Below, piece after piece: positions 1-7,674 of a DNA stretch of 51,337 bases (its first letter is position 1; the number at the start of each line of letters is the position of its first letter). The stretch spans positions 1 through 51,337 of the IMG/VR virus record IMGVR_UViG_3300036846_000218; one strand, given 5' to 3'. Below the pieces are notes generated by a model. That model searched no databases. It had not been told where the DNA came from and saw only the letters and a list, made by a program, of their open reading frames with translations. Source of the stretch: a virus. The position numbers and the translations under genes are program-made.

Positions 1-127
1 ACTAACACAGATGGCAACTTGATTCTTTGTCAAGCTTGCTTCAACCACGAATTGCAGTGGAGAGCAAAGCGAAACATTGAAATCGGTCGGGACGTTTTCA
101 AGTTGCCAGTATGGGAAGAATTGAAAG
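1..127. repeat. Terminal direct repeat, copy 1 (assembly overlap; identical to 51211-51337)
   Basis: Bases 1-127 (ACTAACACAGATGGCAACTTGATTC...GGGAAGAATTGAAAG) recur verbatim at 51211-51337. This implies a circular or terminally redundant molecule of 51,210 unique bp. Confidence 0.95.
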
Positions 128-138
128 AGTACAACTAG
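1..138 (+). CDS. 3-prime end of a junction-spanning small Cys-containing protein (same gene as 51139-51337)
   Basis: Frame 1 reads TNTDGNLILCQACFNHELQWRAKRNIEIGRDVFKLPVWEELKEYN, then TAG at 136-138. It joins in frame with the ATG at 51139 across the repeat to give a 69-aa product. Confidence 0.6.
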   Translation, partial: TNTDGNLILCQACFNHELQWRAKRNIEIGRDVFKLPVWEELKEYN

Positions 139-164
139 CAGACCACGAACCCGAACGCTGCACA

Positions 165-192
165 GAATGCCCACTTACAAGAGTGGGCATTC
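165..192 (+). terminator. Perfect 11-bp stem-loop after the last + strand early gene (candidate terminator or protein-binding palindrome)
   Basis: GAATGCCCACT (165-175), loop TACAAG, AGTGGGCATTC (182-192), followed by TTGCGTTAT. It lies 27 nt after the TAG at 136-138. The U-tract is weak. Confidence 0.5.
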
Positions 193-210
193 TTGCGTTA
201 TGGGGTTCCA

Positions 211-297
211 CTGTCCAGCGTCCGCCCGGTACAGCGGTCCTAGCAGCGTCCTAGCAGCGTCCGCCCGGTCCCTGTCCAGCGTCCAGCGTCCAGCGTC
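211..297. repeat. Cluster of six CAGCGTC heptamers with nested longer repeats
   Basis: CAGCGTC at 216, 244, 255, 277, 284 and 291; the last three are perfectly tandem. TAGCAGCGTCC x2 is tandem at 241-262. CAGCGTCCGCCCGGT x2 occurs at 216-230 and 255-269. Confidence 0.9.
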
Positions 298-746
298 TTT
301 ATACTCCCATTCTGAAAACGTCTATTTCTTAATCAATTCCAAACGCTGCTATAAACTCAATTAAATCAATACTTTACGCTTGCTTTTCCGCCCGGTCCCT
401 GCTATGCTTTGCAATTGTGTTAGCACCATTGCAGAATTCGCCACTAGGGACCGCTCACAGTATGGGTAGAAACGCGCCATGCGATACCGGTGACACTCTA
501 CCCTGTCCGAATTTTCGACGCGTCCTTGCGCCTCTCCGCGCCATAATCCGCCTATCCGCTATTGGACGCGCACTGTGGCAAACACTGATTCCATTGGGGT
601 TATGCATCGCGCTGATTCTAAAGGACTTGCCAACTCGTTTGGAATCAGGCGTTTACGGTGTTGCATTGATTCTAAAGGGGTTAGGTCATACCCAGACCTC
701 TATGCCTAGACCACTGAGCTACGGGGGTGATTTTGAACTCGATTTT

Positions 747-788
747 CCAAAAAAGAACCCCCGCCCGGTAGGATTCACGGTACGGGGG
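747..788 (-). terminator. Rho-independent terminator on the - strand with no adjacent gene (orphan)
   Basis: The - strand reads CCCCCGTACCGTGAATCCTACCGGGCGGGGG followed by TTCTTTTTTGG. The GC-rich stem is CCCCCG/CGGGGG (758-763 / 783-788) and the T-run corresponds to 749-754. Confidence 0.6.
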
Positions 789-1047
789 AAGCAGACGAAA
801 GCAACTGCCACTCAGAAGAAAACAACGATGGACTAATACTAGCACACGTTTCGTACTTGTGAGCACAAATCTTCAGAAAAGAGCGGTTGTATACTGAGTT
901 ACTTCCCCGTTGTTTATTGAATTAAATATACCTACACCAACAGGAGAGCAGACCGGCACCAGCGAGTGTTCATTCAGTTGTCATGTAGCCTTCATTCTAA
1001 ATTAAGAATTTCTAGGATTTTGAAAAAGTGTTTTTTCAAACAACCTC

Positions 1048-1075
1048 AAAAAAAGTCATCTGGCGACTTTTTCAA
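1048..1075. terminator. AT-rich hairpin immediately after the stop of 1077..1340 (weak, bidirectional)
   Basis: AAAAAGTC, loop ATCTGGC, GACTTTTT. Only three G/C-containing pairs, so this is a low-stability stem. Confidence 0.35.
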
Positions 1076-1076
1076 T

Positions 1077-1340
1077 TTATTTTGGCTTCGTTTCCAGCTT
1101 TACGAGTCGAACATCGACACCATGAATGGTTGTCAGCAGGGTTGTTACTTGATTGTTGAAGTTCTCTGTTTGATGATCAACTTTGCCGTTAAGAGTCTCG
1201 AAGCGATTGTCAACTTTGGCTTCTAGTCGTTCAACCTTATCGCTTAGGCGATAGAATCCGGCTAAAATGAATCCTGTTTGAGCGATTATCGCTGTGATAA
1301 AGACTCCGGTCATGCTAAAGAAAAGTTGCGTCGTACTCAT
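1077..1340 (-). CDS. Small membrane protein, N-terminal TM helix + coiled coil (paralog family member 1 of 5)
   Basis: 87 aa. The N-terminus MSTTQLFFSMTGVFITAIIAQTGFILAGF is hydrophobic and is followed by heptad-like KVERLEAKVDNRFETLNGKVD. The N-terminal MxTxQxF pattern is shared with 41341..41574 and 41596..41784. Confidence 0.7.
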   Translation of the reverse strand: MSTTQLFFSMTGVFITAIIAQTGFILAGFYRLSDKVERLEAKVDNRFETLNGKVDHQTENFNNQVTTLLTTIHGVDVRLVKLETKPK

Positions 1341-1376
1341 TCATTCCCCCTGCCGCACATCGTATCACACTAGAAT

Positions 1377-1631
1377 TTATTTTGAATCTGGCGATTCACC
1401 TTTTTTAACTTCATCTGGCGGACCGGGATGCAACAGCACTTCAAACACGGTGTTGCTGAACCCACCAACGATAATGGTCAGTGCTCCGATGGCAGCGCCC
1501 AACAACCCGGCCATTTCTTTTGATTCAACTTTCCCCGAATACAGAAACAGCGTACACAGCAATAGCAAAGCGGCTACCAGCACAACTCCGAACCCGAATA
1601 TCAGGATCATACGAAGCTTTCGCATTTCCAT
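1377..1631 (-). CDS. Small two-TM membrane protein (holin-like topology)
   Basis: 84 aa with two hydrophobic stretches (ILIFGFGVVLVAALLLLCTLFLY and LLGAAIGALTIIVGGF) and a charged C-terminal tail. Its ATG lies 2 nt downstream of the PrimPol stop. Confidence 0.6.
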   Translation of the reverse strand: MEMRKLRMILIFGFGVVLVAALLLLCTLFLYSGKVESKEMAGLLGAAIGALTIIVGGFSNTVFEVLLHPGPPDEVKKGESPDSK

Positions 1632-1633
1632 AA

Positions 1634-4027
1634 TTACTCCGGCGACTCCGGTTCTTTCAATTGCTTCTGGCGTTTTCTGCCCCTGCCGCGTACTGGTTCT
1701 TTCAACGCTGCAAAGTCTGTGATGTAGTATGCAGTTCCAAGTCTGCCTGATTCTCTGATCTTTCCCATGTCCACAGCAAACAACGTGCCACAGTCCACCA
1801 TTCCTTTCAAAGTTAAATCAAAATCCCAACGACCATTTCTAGCATTGCGAAACGCGGCGTATGCCATCAAATTGTTCTGTAGGTATCGCCGTGTTACTAA
1901 CTTGGCATCGAACATCTGTTTACTAATTCCAAACTCCTTTTGTAACTTCTCAGACCATCCATTTGTCCAATATCTAAACAAATATTGCCGCATCGTTTTC
2001 TGCTGTTCCAGATATGACGTTTTCATTCCTACCTCGCCTTGCTGGAAACGCCACGTCACATTAGCAATACCACTGACGATGAACTTTCGCGCCCATTCAA
2101 CAGCTTCAGCCGTCACTACCGGGCAATTCGGACTCATACCTACAGACACCAGACCGGCAAGGCGCAAGACTCGCAGATGTGCTCTGGAATAGATTTTTGC
2201 TTCTGCTGAATCCCGGTTCTCATACGTCTTGCGAGTACATTCATCTAAGAATTCCATCTGCGCCTTGTAGGCATCGGGAGTCTGCGATATCTTTACAGTC
2301 TGCAACTCTTTTTCTTTTGAGCCTTGCATGTTGACGATCTTGCGAATGAGTTGACTGATGAACGTTATCAGTCCCGCATCAGGTTCAATAGTTCCGTGCG
2401 CTTCGTTATATACCGGCTGTTCTTCCATGTCGCATTCAACCACACAAAAGCGATTAATAAATCCCTCTTCAACGTTTTCTTCGTCCACCGATTTGTAAAA
2501 CGTATCCGGTGTTGCATCCCCAAATAAGGTAAACGCTGGTGCTCTGACTGCCGCAACATTCTTCGCTTTGTCACTGTATATGGACCCTCGAAACATGGAT
2601 TCAGCCCCGGATTTCATAAACAAATCTAATAAAATCTTACGCATACCTCTTTCATTCGCATGTGCAAATTTGTCCGTTAAATCCTGTAACCACAACCCCA
2701 TTTCTCCCTTGTGCGACAAGAAACACGGTGATACTGTCGATAAGTGTTTGATTAAGGCTTGCGGAGAAGCGATTTCAGCCGGTCCTATGAATTGTTCGAT
2801 TGCCGGTGCCTTTTCCGCTACGTAGGATATCAACCGTGAGATACCGTCCGCCGCGCCCTCTTTGCCGCCCCCGGTTGGTGCCAGCACCACAATGTAATGG
2901 TTCAAGCCGGTGTTGCTGATGTTGAATTCCCGGCCACAGATACCAGACAAAAACGCAATCGCCGCTGCCGTCGCTACTTCCCTAACAGGATGAACTGAAT
3001 TAGCAAATATGAACTGCGCTATCTCTCCAAGAAACCCCGGTGGAGGTTCATAGTCGAATTGCAGTACATCCTTCTGCACGAAGTCTGGAAGCTGAATTAA
3101 CTTTGAATGGTATCCATTGTTACCGTTAGGTGTTGGTTCGATGATCGGAATTGCGATTGCTTTTTTCTGTTCTTCATACACCTTGTCCTTGATCGTCATT
3201 TCAATGTTTGCAAAATAGACCGGTGGTTTTTTCTGATCGAACGAACGGCTTATGATGCCGTACTTAGGGTGATATAGGTAGTCTTTGCGATTAGCTTTGG
3301 CGCGTTTCCCTAGTTCGGACCGGTGAAAGATGCGCCCGACTTGAGTTTTGGAATCGGTGTAGAACGCGATGATATCAACTAGCGCAGAGTCAGCCTCAGA
3401 CTGTGACGCATAGCTCAGTTCGCTCAATTTCCCTTCAAACAGTTTCTTAAATAACTGCCCGTTCAATGCGTCACCGGCAGCTTTAATCACATCGTCATCG
3501 GACAGCGTTTCAGGCACATTATCCGGTACCATCGGGTTGATATTGGTTTGCTTTGCCACAATGTAGTAGTACAGTTCGTTCAATTCTAGCTGCCTGAGAT
3601 TAATCAATTCGTAATTCAACACATCCTTTGTTATGGTCACGTACCCTTGCGTGATCAGTTCGATGTGCTCATTGGGCAGCTTCCGATTTTGTTCTAACTT
3701 CGCTTCGACAAGGATGTGAACTCCCTTGTTTGGGGATAGCTCCGCATAGCTGTTCAGCTTTTCATAAACCGATTGGTGTTTGGCCCATATCACCGGGTCC
3801 GTTGTCTTGTAGGTATCAAGATCAACGGCGCTATACGGAGTGTTAGTTAAAACAAAACCTAGCACCAGTCCCTTGTGCAATTGGACACAGGCGTCCGCCG
3901 ACGCGTAATCCGCCCATGAATACGGGTCATGAATCACATCAGCCCGTTGCATGGTCAAAGGATTGAGCGGTATCTTGTCGTGAAGATAAGCCACGACCCA
4001 ATTGCGGTAGGATTTCAACTGTTCCAT
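1634..4027 (-). CDS. Primase-polymerase (PrimPol) fused to a P-loop helicase-like domain (DUF3987-type architecture)
   Basis: 797 aa. The N-terminal motifs AVDLDTYK and GVHILVEAKL resemble the prim-pol acidic and sGxH motifs. There is a central Walker A motif VLAPTGGGKEG. The gene is divergent from the + strand replication genes. Confidence 0.75.
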   Translation of the reverse strand: MEQLKSYRNWVVAYLHDKIPLNPLTMQRADVIHDPYSWADYASADACVQLHKGLVLGFVLTNTPYSAVDLDTYKTTDPVIWAKHQSVYEKLNSYAELSPNKGVHILVEAKLEQNRKLPNEHIELITQGYVTITKDVLNYELINLRQLELNELYYYIVAKQTNINPMVPDNVPETLSDDDVIKAAGDALNGQLFKKLFEGKLSELSYASQSEADSALVDIIAFYTDSKTQVGRIFHRSELGKRAKANRKDYLYHPKYGIISRSFDQKKPPVYFANIEMTIKDKVYEEQKKAIAIPIIEPTPNGNNGYHSKLIQLPDFVQKDVLQFDYEPPPGFLGEIAQFIFANSVHPVREVATAAAIAFLSGICGREFNISNTGLNHYIVVLAPTGGGKEGAADGISRLISYVAEKAPAIEQFIGPAEIASPQALIKHLSTVSPCFLSHKGEMGLWLQDLTDKFAHANERGMRKILLDLFMKSGAESMFRGSIYSDKAKNVAAVRAPAFTLFGDATPDTFYKSVDEENVEEGFINRFCVVECDMEEQPVYNEAHGTIEPDAGLITFISQLIRKIVNMQGSKEKELQTVKISQTPDAYKAQMEFLDECTRKTYENRDSAEAKIYSRAHLRVLRLAGLVSVGMSPNCPVVTAEAVEWARKFIVSGIANVTWRFQQGEVGMKTSYLEQQKTMRQYLFRYWTNGWSEKLQKEFGISKQMFDAKLVTRRYLQNNLMAYAAFRNARNGRWDFDLTLKGMVDCGTLFAVDMGKIRESGRLGTAYYITDFAALKEPVRGRGRKRQKQLKEPESPE

Positions 4028-4127
4028 CGTAACTGCATTTGTAGACCTACACTTATCGTGGTCGTCCAGCGGAGACGCGGCTACCTTATACCCGCCCCCG
4101 GCTTTTCGGCAAGAATAAAATCTTCTC

Positions 4128-4156
4128 TTGACAAACTGAGACTCGTATCCTAGGGT
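4128..4156 (+). promoter_or_regulatory. Candidate sigma70-like promoter for the + strand replication operon
   Basis: TTGACA (4128-4133), a 17-nt spacer, then TAGGGT (4151-4156), 24 nt upstream of the ATG at 4180. The -10 box matches the consensus at only 3 of 6 positions. Confidence 0.3.
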
Positions 4157-4179
4157 CAGTTATTCTTCGGAGTTGACCA

Positions 4180-4584
4180 ATGCAGTTATCGCCTGAACAA
4201 CTGAATGTTTTGAGAGATTGGAACGAAGCGAAACAGCAAGCGAAGACATGGGTGGAGAAAGAAAGCACTCTTCGTGACGCTCTAGTCAAGCAGCTATTCA
4301 ATGCCGACAAGGATGAAGGCACTGAAACAATCCAAATTGAAAACGGTTGGTCATTGAAGGCATCAAAGAAACTCACCTACTCACTAAACAACGATCAAGG
4401 TGAAGTATCCGCCATCTGCGCTACGCTGCCTGATGCCGTGTCCAGACAATTAGTTCGCTGGAAACCTGAATTGAGTTTAAGCACCTACCGTAAGTTAGAT
4501 GGTGCTACTGCACAAATGTTTCAAAATGTGCTAACCATCAAACCGTCCAAACCTTCGCTTGAGCTATTGCCGCCGCCCGAATGA
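4180..4584 (+). CDS. Hypothetical protein at the head of the recombination module
   Basis: 134-aa ORF whose stop overlaps the next ATG (ATGA at 4581-4584). The N-terminal half is helical and charged. No motif was recognised. Confidence 0.6.
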   Translation: MQLSPEQLNVLRDWNEAKQQAKTWVEKESTLRDALVKQLFNADKDEGTETIQIENGWSLKASKKLTYSLNNDQGEVSAICATLPDAVSRQLVRWKPELSLSTYRKLDGATAQMFQNVLTIKPSKPSLELLPPPE

Positions 4585-5255
4585 CCATCAAAGTCAATTT
4601 CACGTCAGATATTAAATTGGATTATGGAGTAAAGGGTTGCTTATACGGTGAGTCTGGTATTGGCAAGACTCGCTTACTGGCAACTGCCCCTAATCCTTTA
4701 ATCCTGTCGGCTGAAAGCGGCTTACTATCGTTGCGGAAAGAACGTGTTCCGTTCATCGATATCACTACTTACAAGCAATTGGTTGAAGCTTATGACTGGG
4801 TGGTCAACAGCGCGGAGGCAAAAAAGTACACGACCTTTGGACTTGATTCATTGTCGGAGATAGCCGAAGTTGTCTTGGCTGAATCGTTGCGAACCAACAC
4901 GGACGGAAGACGCGCCTATGGCGAAATGCAACAACAGATGTACCGTCTGATTCGCAACTTCAGAGACATACCCGGTAAAAACATCATCATGGTTGCGAAG
5001 CAAATGCAGATAGACGCGGGGATAACAAAAGGCGCTGCCCCCATCATGCCGTCTGAAAAACTGCAAGCGCAATTGCCGTACTTTTTTGATTTGGTTCTCC
5101 ACATGTTTGTTGGCATTGATCCAACTAACGGCAAGAGCTACACCGCGATTCACACGCAATCAGCAGTTGCATGGCAAGCCAAAGATCGATCAGGAACACT
5201 AGATGCAGTTGAGTATCCGCATCTAGGAAACATCTTCAAGAAAGCACTAGCATAG
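4581..5255 (+). CDS. AAA_24 / Sak4-like RecA-family ATPase
   Basis: 224 aa. Walker A motif LYGESGIGKTRL near the N-terminus. It occupies the typical position before a DUF669-like gene. Confidence 0.8.
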   Translation: MTIKVNFTSDIKLDYGVKGCLYGESGIGKTRLLATAPNPLILSAESGLLSLRKERVPFIDITTYKQLVEAYDWVVNSAEAKKYTTFGLDSLSEIAEVVLAESLRTNTDGRRAYGEMQQQMYRLIRNFRDIPGKNIIMVAKQMQIDAGITKGAAPIMPSEKLQAQLPYFFDLVLHMFVGIDPTNGKSYTAIHTQSAVAWQAKDRSGTLDAVEYPHLGNIFKKALA

Positions 5256-5264
5256 GAGAAACAA

Positions 5265-5975
5265 ATGCAACTACCAGTACCATTCAATGCATATGACTAC
5301 GACCCAACGCAAGGTGGGCAGGTATGCTTTCCACTCGCTGATTACAGGGTGGAAATCACCGCTGCCGAACCAGTCGTAGTTAAGAATGATGCTTCTTCTG
5401 GGTACCTTGAACTAACACTGACGGTGACGGACGGTGATGCGAGAGGTTTGACACAGAAGGATCGACTTAACATGTTCAACAAAAGCGAAGTGGCGAAGAA
5501 AATTGCACACCAGCAATTCGCTGCATATTGTCTTGCCATCGGTCGCCCTTACGTTCAAGACACCGCTCAAATACTTGGCGGACGCCTGATTGCAACCATC
5601 GGTCCGCAAGATGACAACCCGAAGTATTCGGAAGTGAAAGTTGTCAAATTGCTGGACGGTTCTCTGCCTACAAAACAAGCGGCACCGGGACAAGCTGCCG
5701 CCGCACCAACAGGACCACCGGCACCCCCGCCCGGTTTCGGACCACCCCCACCCCCAACAGCACCGCCGCAACAGGCACCGCCATTGTCCGGTCAAACGGC
5801 ATTTGCCGCGCCCGTCCAACAACAGCCGTTTGCCGCCCCCGCGCCACCCCCGTTCGCACAACCCGCCCCCGGTCCACCGGTCCCGGCTAGCGCCCCCACA
5901 GCCCCGCAATGGGGGATGCAGCAACCCGGAGCACCACCGGCACCAGTCACTAGACCACCTTGGGCAACTCAGTAG
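5265..5975 (+). CDS. DUF669-like (SSB-type) protein with a ~100-aa Pro/Gln/Ala-rich disordered tail
   Basis: 236 aa. SD AGGAGA lies 8 nt upstream. The N-terminal ~135 aa (FPLADYRVEITAAEP...LELTLTVTDGDARG) fit the DUF669 pattern as I recall it. The C-terminus is low complexity: PPAPPPGFGPPPPPTAPPQQAPP. Confidence 0.65.
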   Translation: MQLPVPFNAYDYDPTQGGQVCFPLADYRVEITAAEPVVVKNDASSGYLELTLTVTDGDARGLTQKDRLNMFNKSEVAKKIAHQQFAAYCLAIGRPYVQDTAQILGGRLIATIGPQDDNPKYSEVKVVKLLDGSLPTKQAAPGQAAAAPTGPPAPPPGFGPPPPPTAPPQQAPPLSGQTAFAAPVQQQPFAAPAPPPFAQPAPGPPVPASAPTAPQWGMQQPGAPPAPVTRPPWATQ

Positions 5976-6100
5976 CGGGATTCACCGTAGCGCAGAAAGG
6001 GGAGTGCTCAGAGTTACCAAAAAACTCACAGCGCAGAGACGGTGAGTGAACGGGGAACCGGACCTAAACCACCCGGTTCCCAACAATGAAAGTTGATTAA

Positions 6101-6313
6101 ATGAGTACAAAAGCAAAAGGCGATTCGTGTTGGGAGAAAGCAGCGCCCGATGAACCGTTGTTCGTTCTTAGAGCGCAAGACGTAACCGCACCGGATGTAA
6201 TTGAGTTTTGGATAAGTCTTAATCCACAAATTCAATTCACACCCAAAGGATACGAAGCGCAAGAGCTAGCAAATGCCATGCGTCAATGGCAAAACAGAAA
6301 GCTTGCGGACTAA
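6101..6313 (+). CDS. Small conserved phage protein, function unknown
   Basis: 70 aa. DEPLFVLRAQDVTAPDVIEFW resembles a recurrent small phage protein pattern. Confidence 0.55.
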   Translation: MSTKAKGDSCWEKAAPDEPLFVLRAQDVTAPDVIEFWISLNPQIQFTPKGYEAQELANAMRQWQNRKLAD

Positions 6314-6315
6314 AC

Positions 6316-7200
6316 ATGGAACCCCTTGATTGGACCAACACCGAACTACTGCGGGAACGTGCGGATAGTATCAGCCGAGCAGTTAACGTTGCTATTGAAG
6401 CGGCTGATGTAGAAGGCTACCGCTCTCACTTAGGCGCGTCTGTGATTGGAAGAGAATGCTTGAGATATCTGTACTATCACTTTCATTGGATGCATCGTGA
6501 AACCTATTCCGGCAGAGAGTTGCGCCTGTTCAATGCCGGTCACGATCTTGAACCCCGCGTCCGATATTGGTTAAGAAAAATCGGCTTTCAGTTCTTGGAT
6601 GGGACAGATGAAAACAATACTCAGTTACTCTTCAGAGCGGTTAACGGTCACTTTGGCGGAAGCGTTGACGGAGTATTTATCGCCCCGGATTGGGGTATCA
6701 CCGAACCGTGTTTACTTGAGTGCAAAACGTCTGGGACCGGTGCCGGGTTCAATAATCTTGACAAGGGTTTGCTTGAAACCAAACCAGAGCACTACGTTCA
6801 AGTCTGCACTTATGGAAAAGGACTGAACCTTACGCAATGCCTCTACGTCGCGGAGAACAAGAACGATTCCGATTGGAAGTTTATCTTAATTAAGTTAAAC
6901 GAACAGATTGCAAACGAAGCCTTGCGCAAAGCTGAATTCATCATTCTTGAAGCGACTGAACCGCCGAAGAAAATCAGCAATCGCAGGAACTTTTTCATTT
7001 GCAATTTATGCAAGATGCAAGGTATCTGCCATGACGGAGCAGCACCAGACGTGAATTGCCGTAGCTGTCGCAACTCGCGCCCGGTTGAAAACGCACAGTG
7101 GTTTTGCAACCACTGGAATTCAATCATCCCGCCCGAAGCAATCATAACCGGCTGTAGTGAACACAACCCAATTCAGAAAGGCAAAGACAATGGACGATAG
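6316..7200 (+). CDS. PD-(D/E)XK exonuclease (Cas4/RecB-like) with a C-terminal Cys cluster
   Basis: The start is taken at MEPLDW (6316), just after the upstream stop. DGVFIAP...CLLECKTSG gives a D...ExK arrangement. The C-terminus has CNLCKMQGIC...CRSCRNS...FCNHW...GCSEH. Confidence 0.7.
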   Translation: MEPLDWTNTELLRERADSISRAVNVAIEAADVEGYRSHLGASVIGRECLRYLYYHFHWMHRETYSGRELRLFNAGHDLEPRVRYWLRKIGFQFLDGTDENNTQLLFRAVNGHFGGSVDGVFIAPDWGITEPCLLECKTSGTGAGFNNLDKGLLETKPEHYVQVCTYGKGLNLTQCLYVAENKNDSDWKFILIKLNEQIANEALRKAEFIILEATEPPKKISNRRNFFICNLCKMQGICHDGAAPDVNCRSCRNSRPVENAQWFCNHWNSIIPPEAIITGCSEHNPIQKGKDNGR

Positions 7201-7435
7201 CAACAACGGGACAGGATTGGACATTCCAACTCCCGTACAGCAAATGAACGCTGCCGTAGTTCAGGCGATTGTCAACATGATCACCGTGAACATGACCATC
7301 GGAGTAACATACGTGCTACTGATCACCGATGGCAAGAACACACTAACTGCAAGTCCGCTGAACAGAGAGAAAATCAATCAAGTTCTCGAATCAATCATGC
7401 AGCAAACAGAATCGGTTGGACCGTCACCAATCTAG
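7190..7435 (+). CDS. Hypothetical protein
   Basis: The ATG at 7190 overlaps the end of the nuclease gene. About 81 aa with no recognisable motif. Confidence 0.5.
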   Translation: MDDSNNGTGLDIPTPVQQMNAAVVQAIVNMITVNMTIGVTYVLLITDGKNTLTASPLNREKINQVLESIMQQTESVGPSPI

Positions 7436-7437
7436 CC

Positions 7438-7674
7438 ATGAAACTCACCATCCAAGAAACGATGTGCTACAACATCGCACACGCTGCCGCAACCAGTCGG
7501 GAAGTGCAGTATTGCGGTGTTGTATGCCACGTTTGCAACGGGTCCGGATTACTACACCACCCTTCGGAGTATCTTAACGTTGCACCATGTTACATGTGCA
7601 ACACTAGGGGATACTTAACTGAAAAAGTTGTGGGACGATTGAAAAAGGATAGTTGTGGATGCGCTAGTTCCTAG
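7438..7674 (+). CDS. Small zinc-finger protein (CxxCxGxG-like pairs)
   Basis: 78 aa. CHVCNGSG ... CYMCNTRG resembles a DnaJ-type zinc finger. Confidence 0.55.
   Translation: MKLTIQETMCYNIAHAAATSREVQYCGVVCHVCNGSGLLHHPSEYLNVAPCYMCNTRGYLTEKVVGRLKKDSCGCASS

Noticed and set aside
211-297. CRISPR-like array suggested by the regularly repeated CAGCGTC / TAGCAGCGTCC units
   Set aside because: The repeat units are 7-15 bp with no unique spacers of 25-40 bp, and no cas genes exist in the replicon. It is a short tandem/iteron-type repeat cluster, not a CRISPR array.
680-727. tRNA gene on the - strand (CCCCCGTAGCTCAGTGGTCTAGG...)
   Set aside because: Only an acceptor 5-prime strand, a D-arm-like segment and one 5-bp/7-nt hairpin are present. 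The D-stem cannot close (GCTC has no GAGC partner), the loop lacks U33, and no T-arm (GTTCRANYC) or complementary ACGGGGG 3-prime strand follows. It is kept only as a tRNA-like fragment.
417-836. 139-aa ORF (and 167..364, 681..866) inside the 139-1076 non-coding block
   Set aside because: There is no Shine-Dalgarno sequence. The translation is Arg/Leu/Pro-rich and reads through direct repeats (ALILKDL / ALILKGL come from the duplicated GATTCTAAAGG box), hairpins and a terminator.
5412-6045. Overlapping ORFs 5412..5924 (-), 5641..6045 (+) and 5668..5877 (-)
   Set aside because: These are artefacts of the stop-poor, GC-rich Pro-coding tract at the end of 5265..5975. The frame with the DUF669-like N-terminus and a strong SD is the real one.
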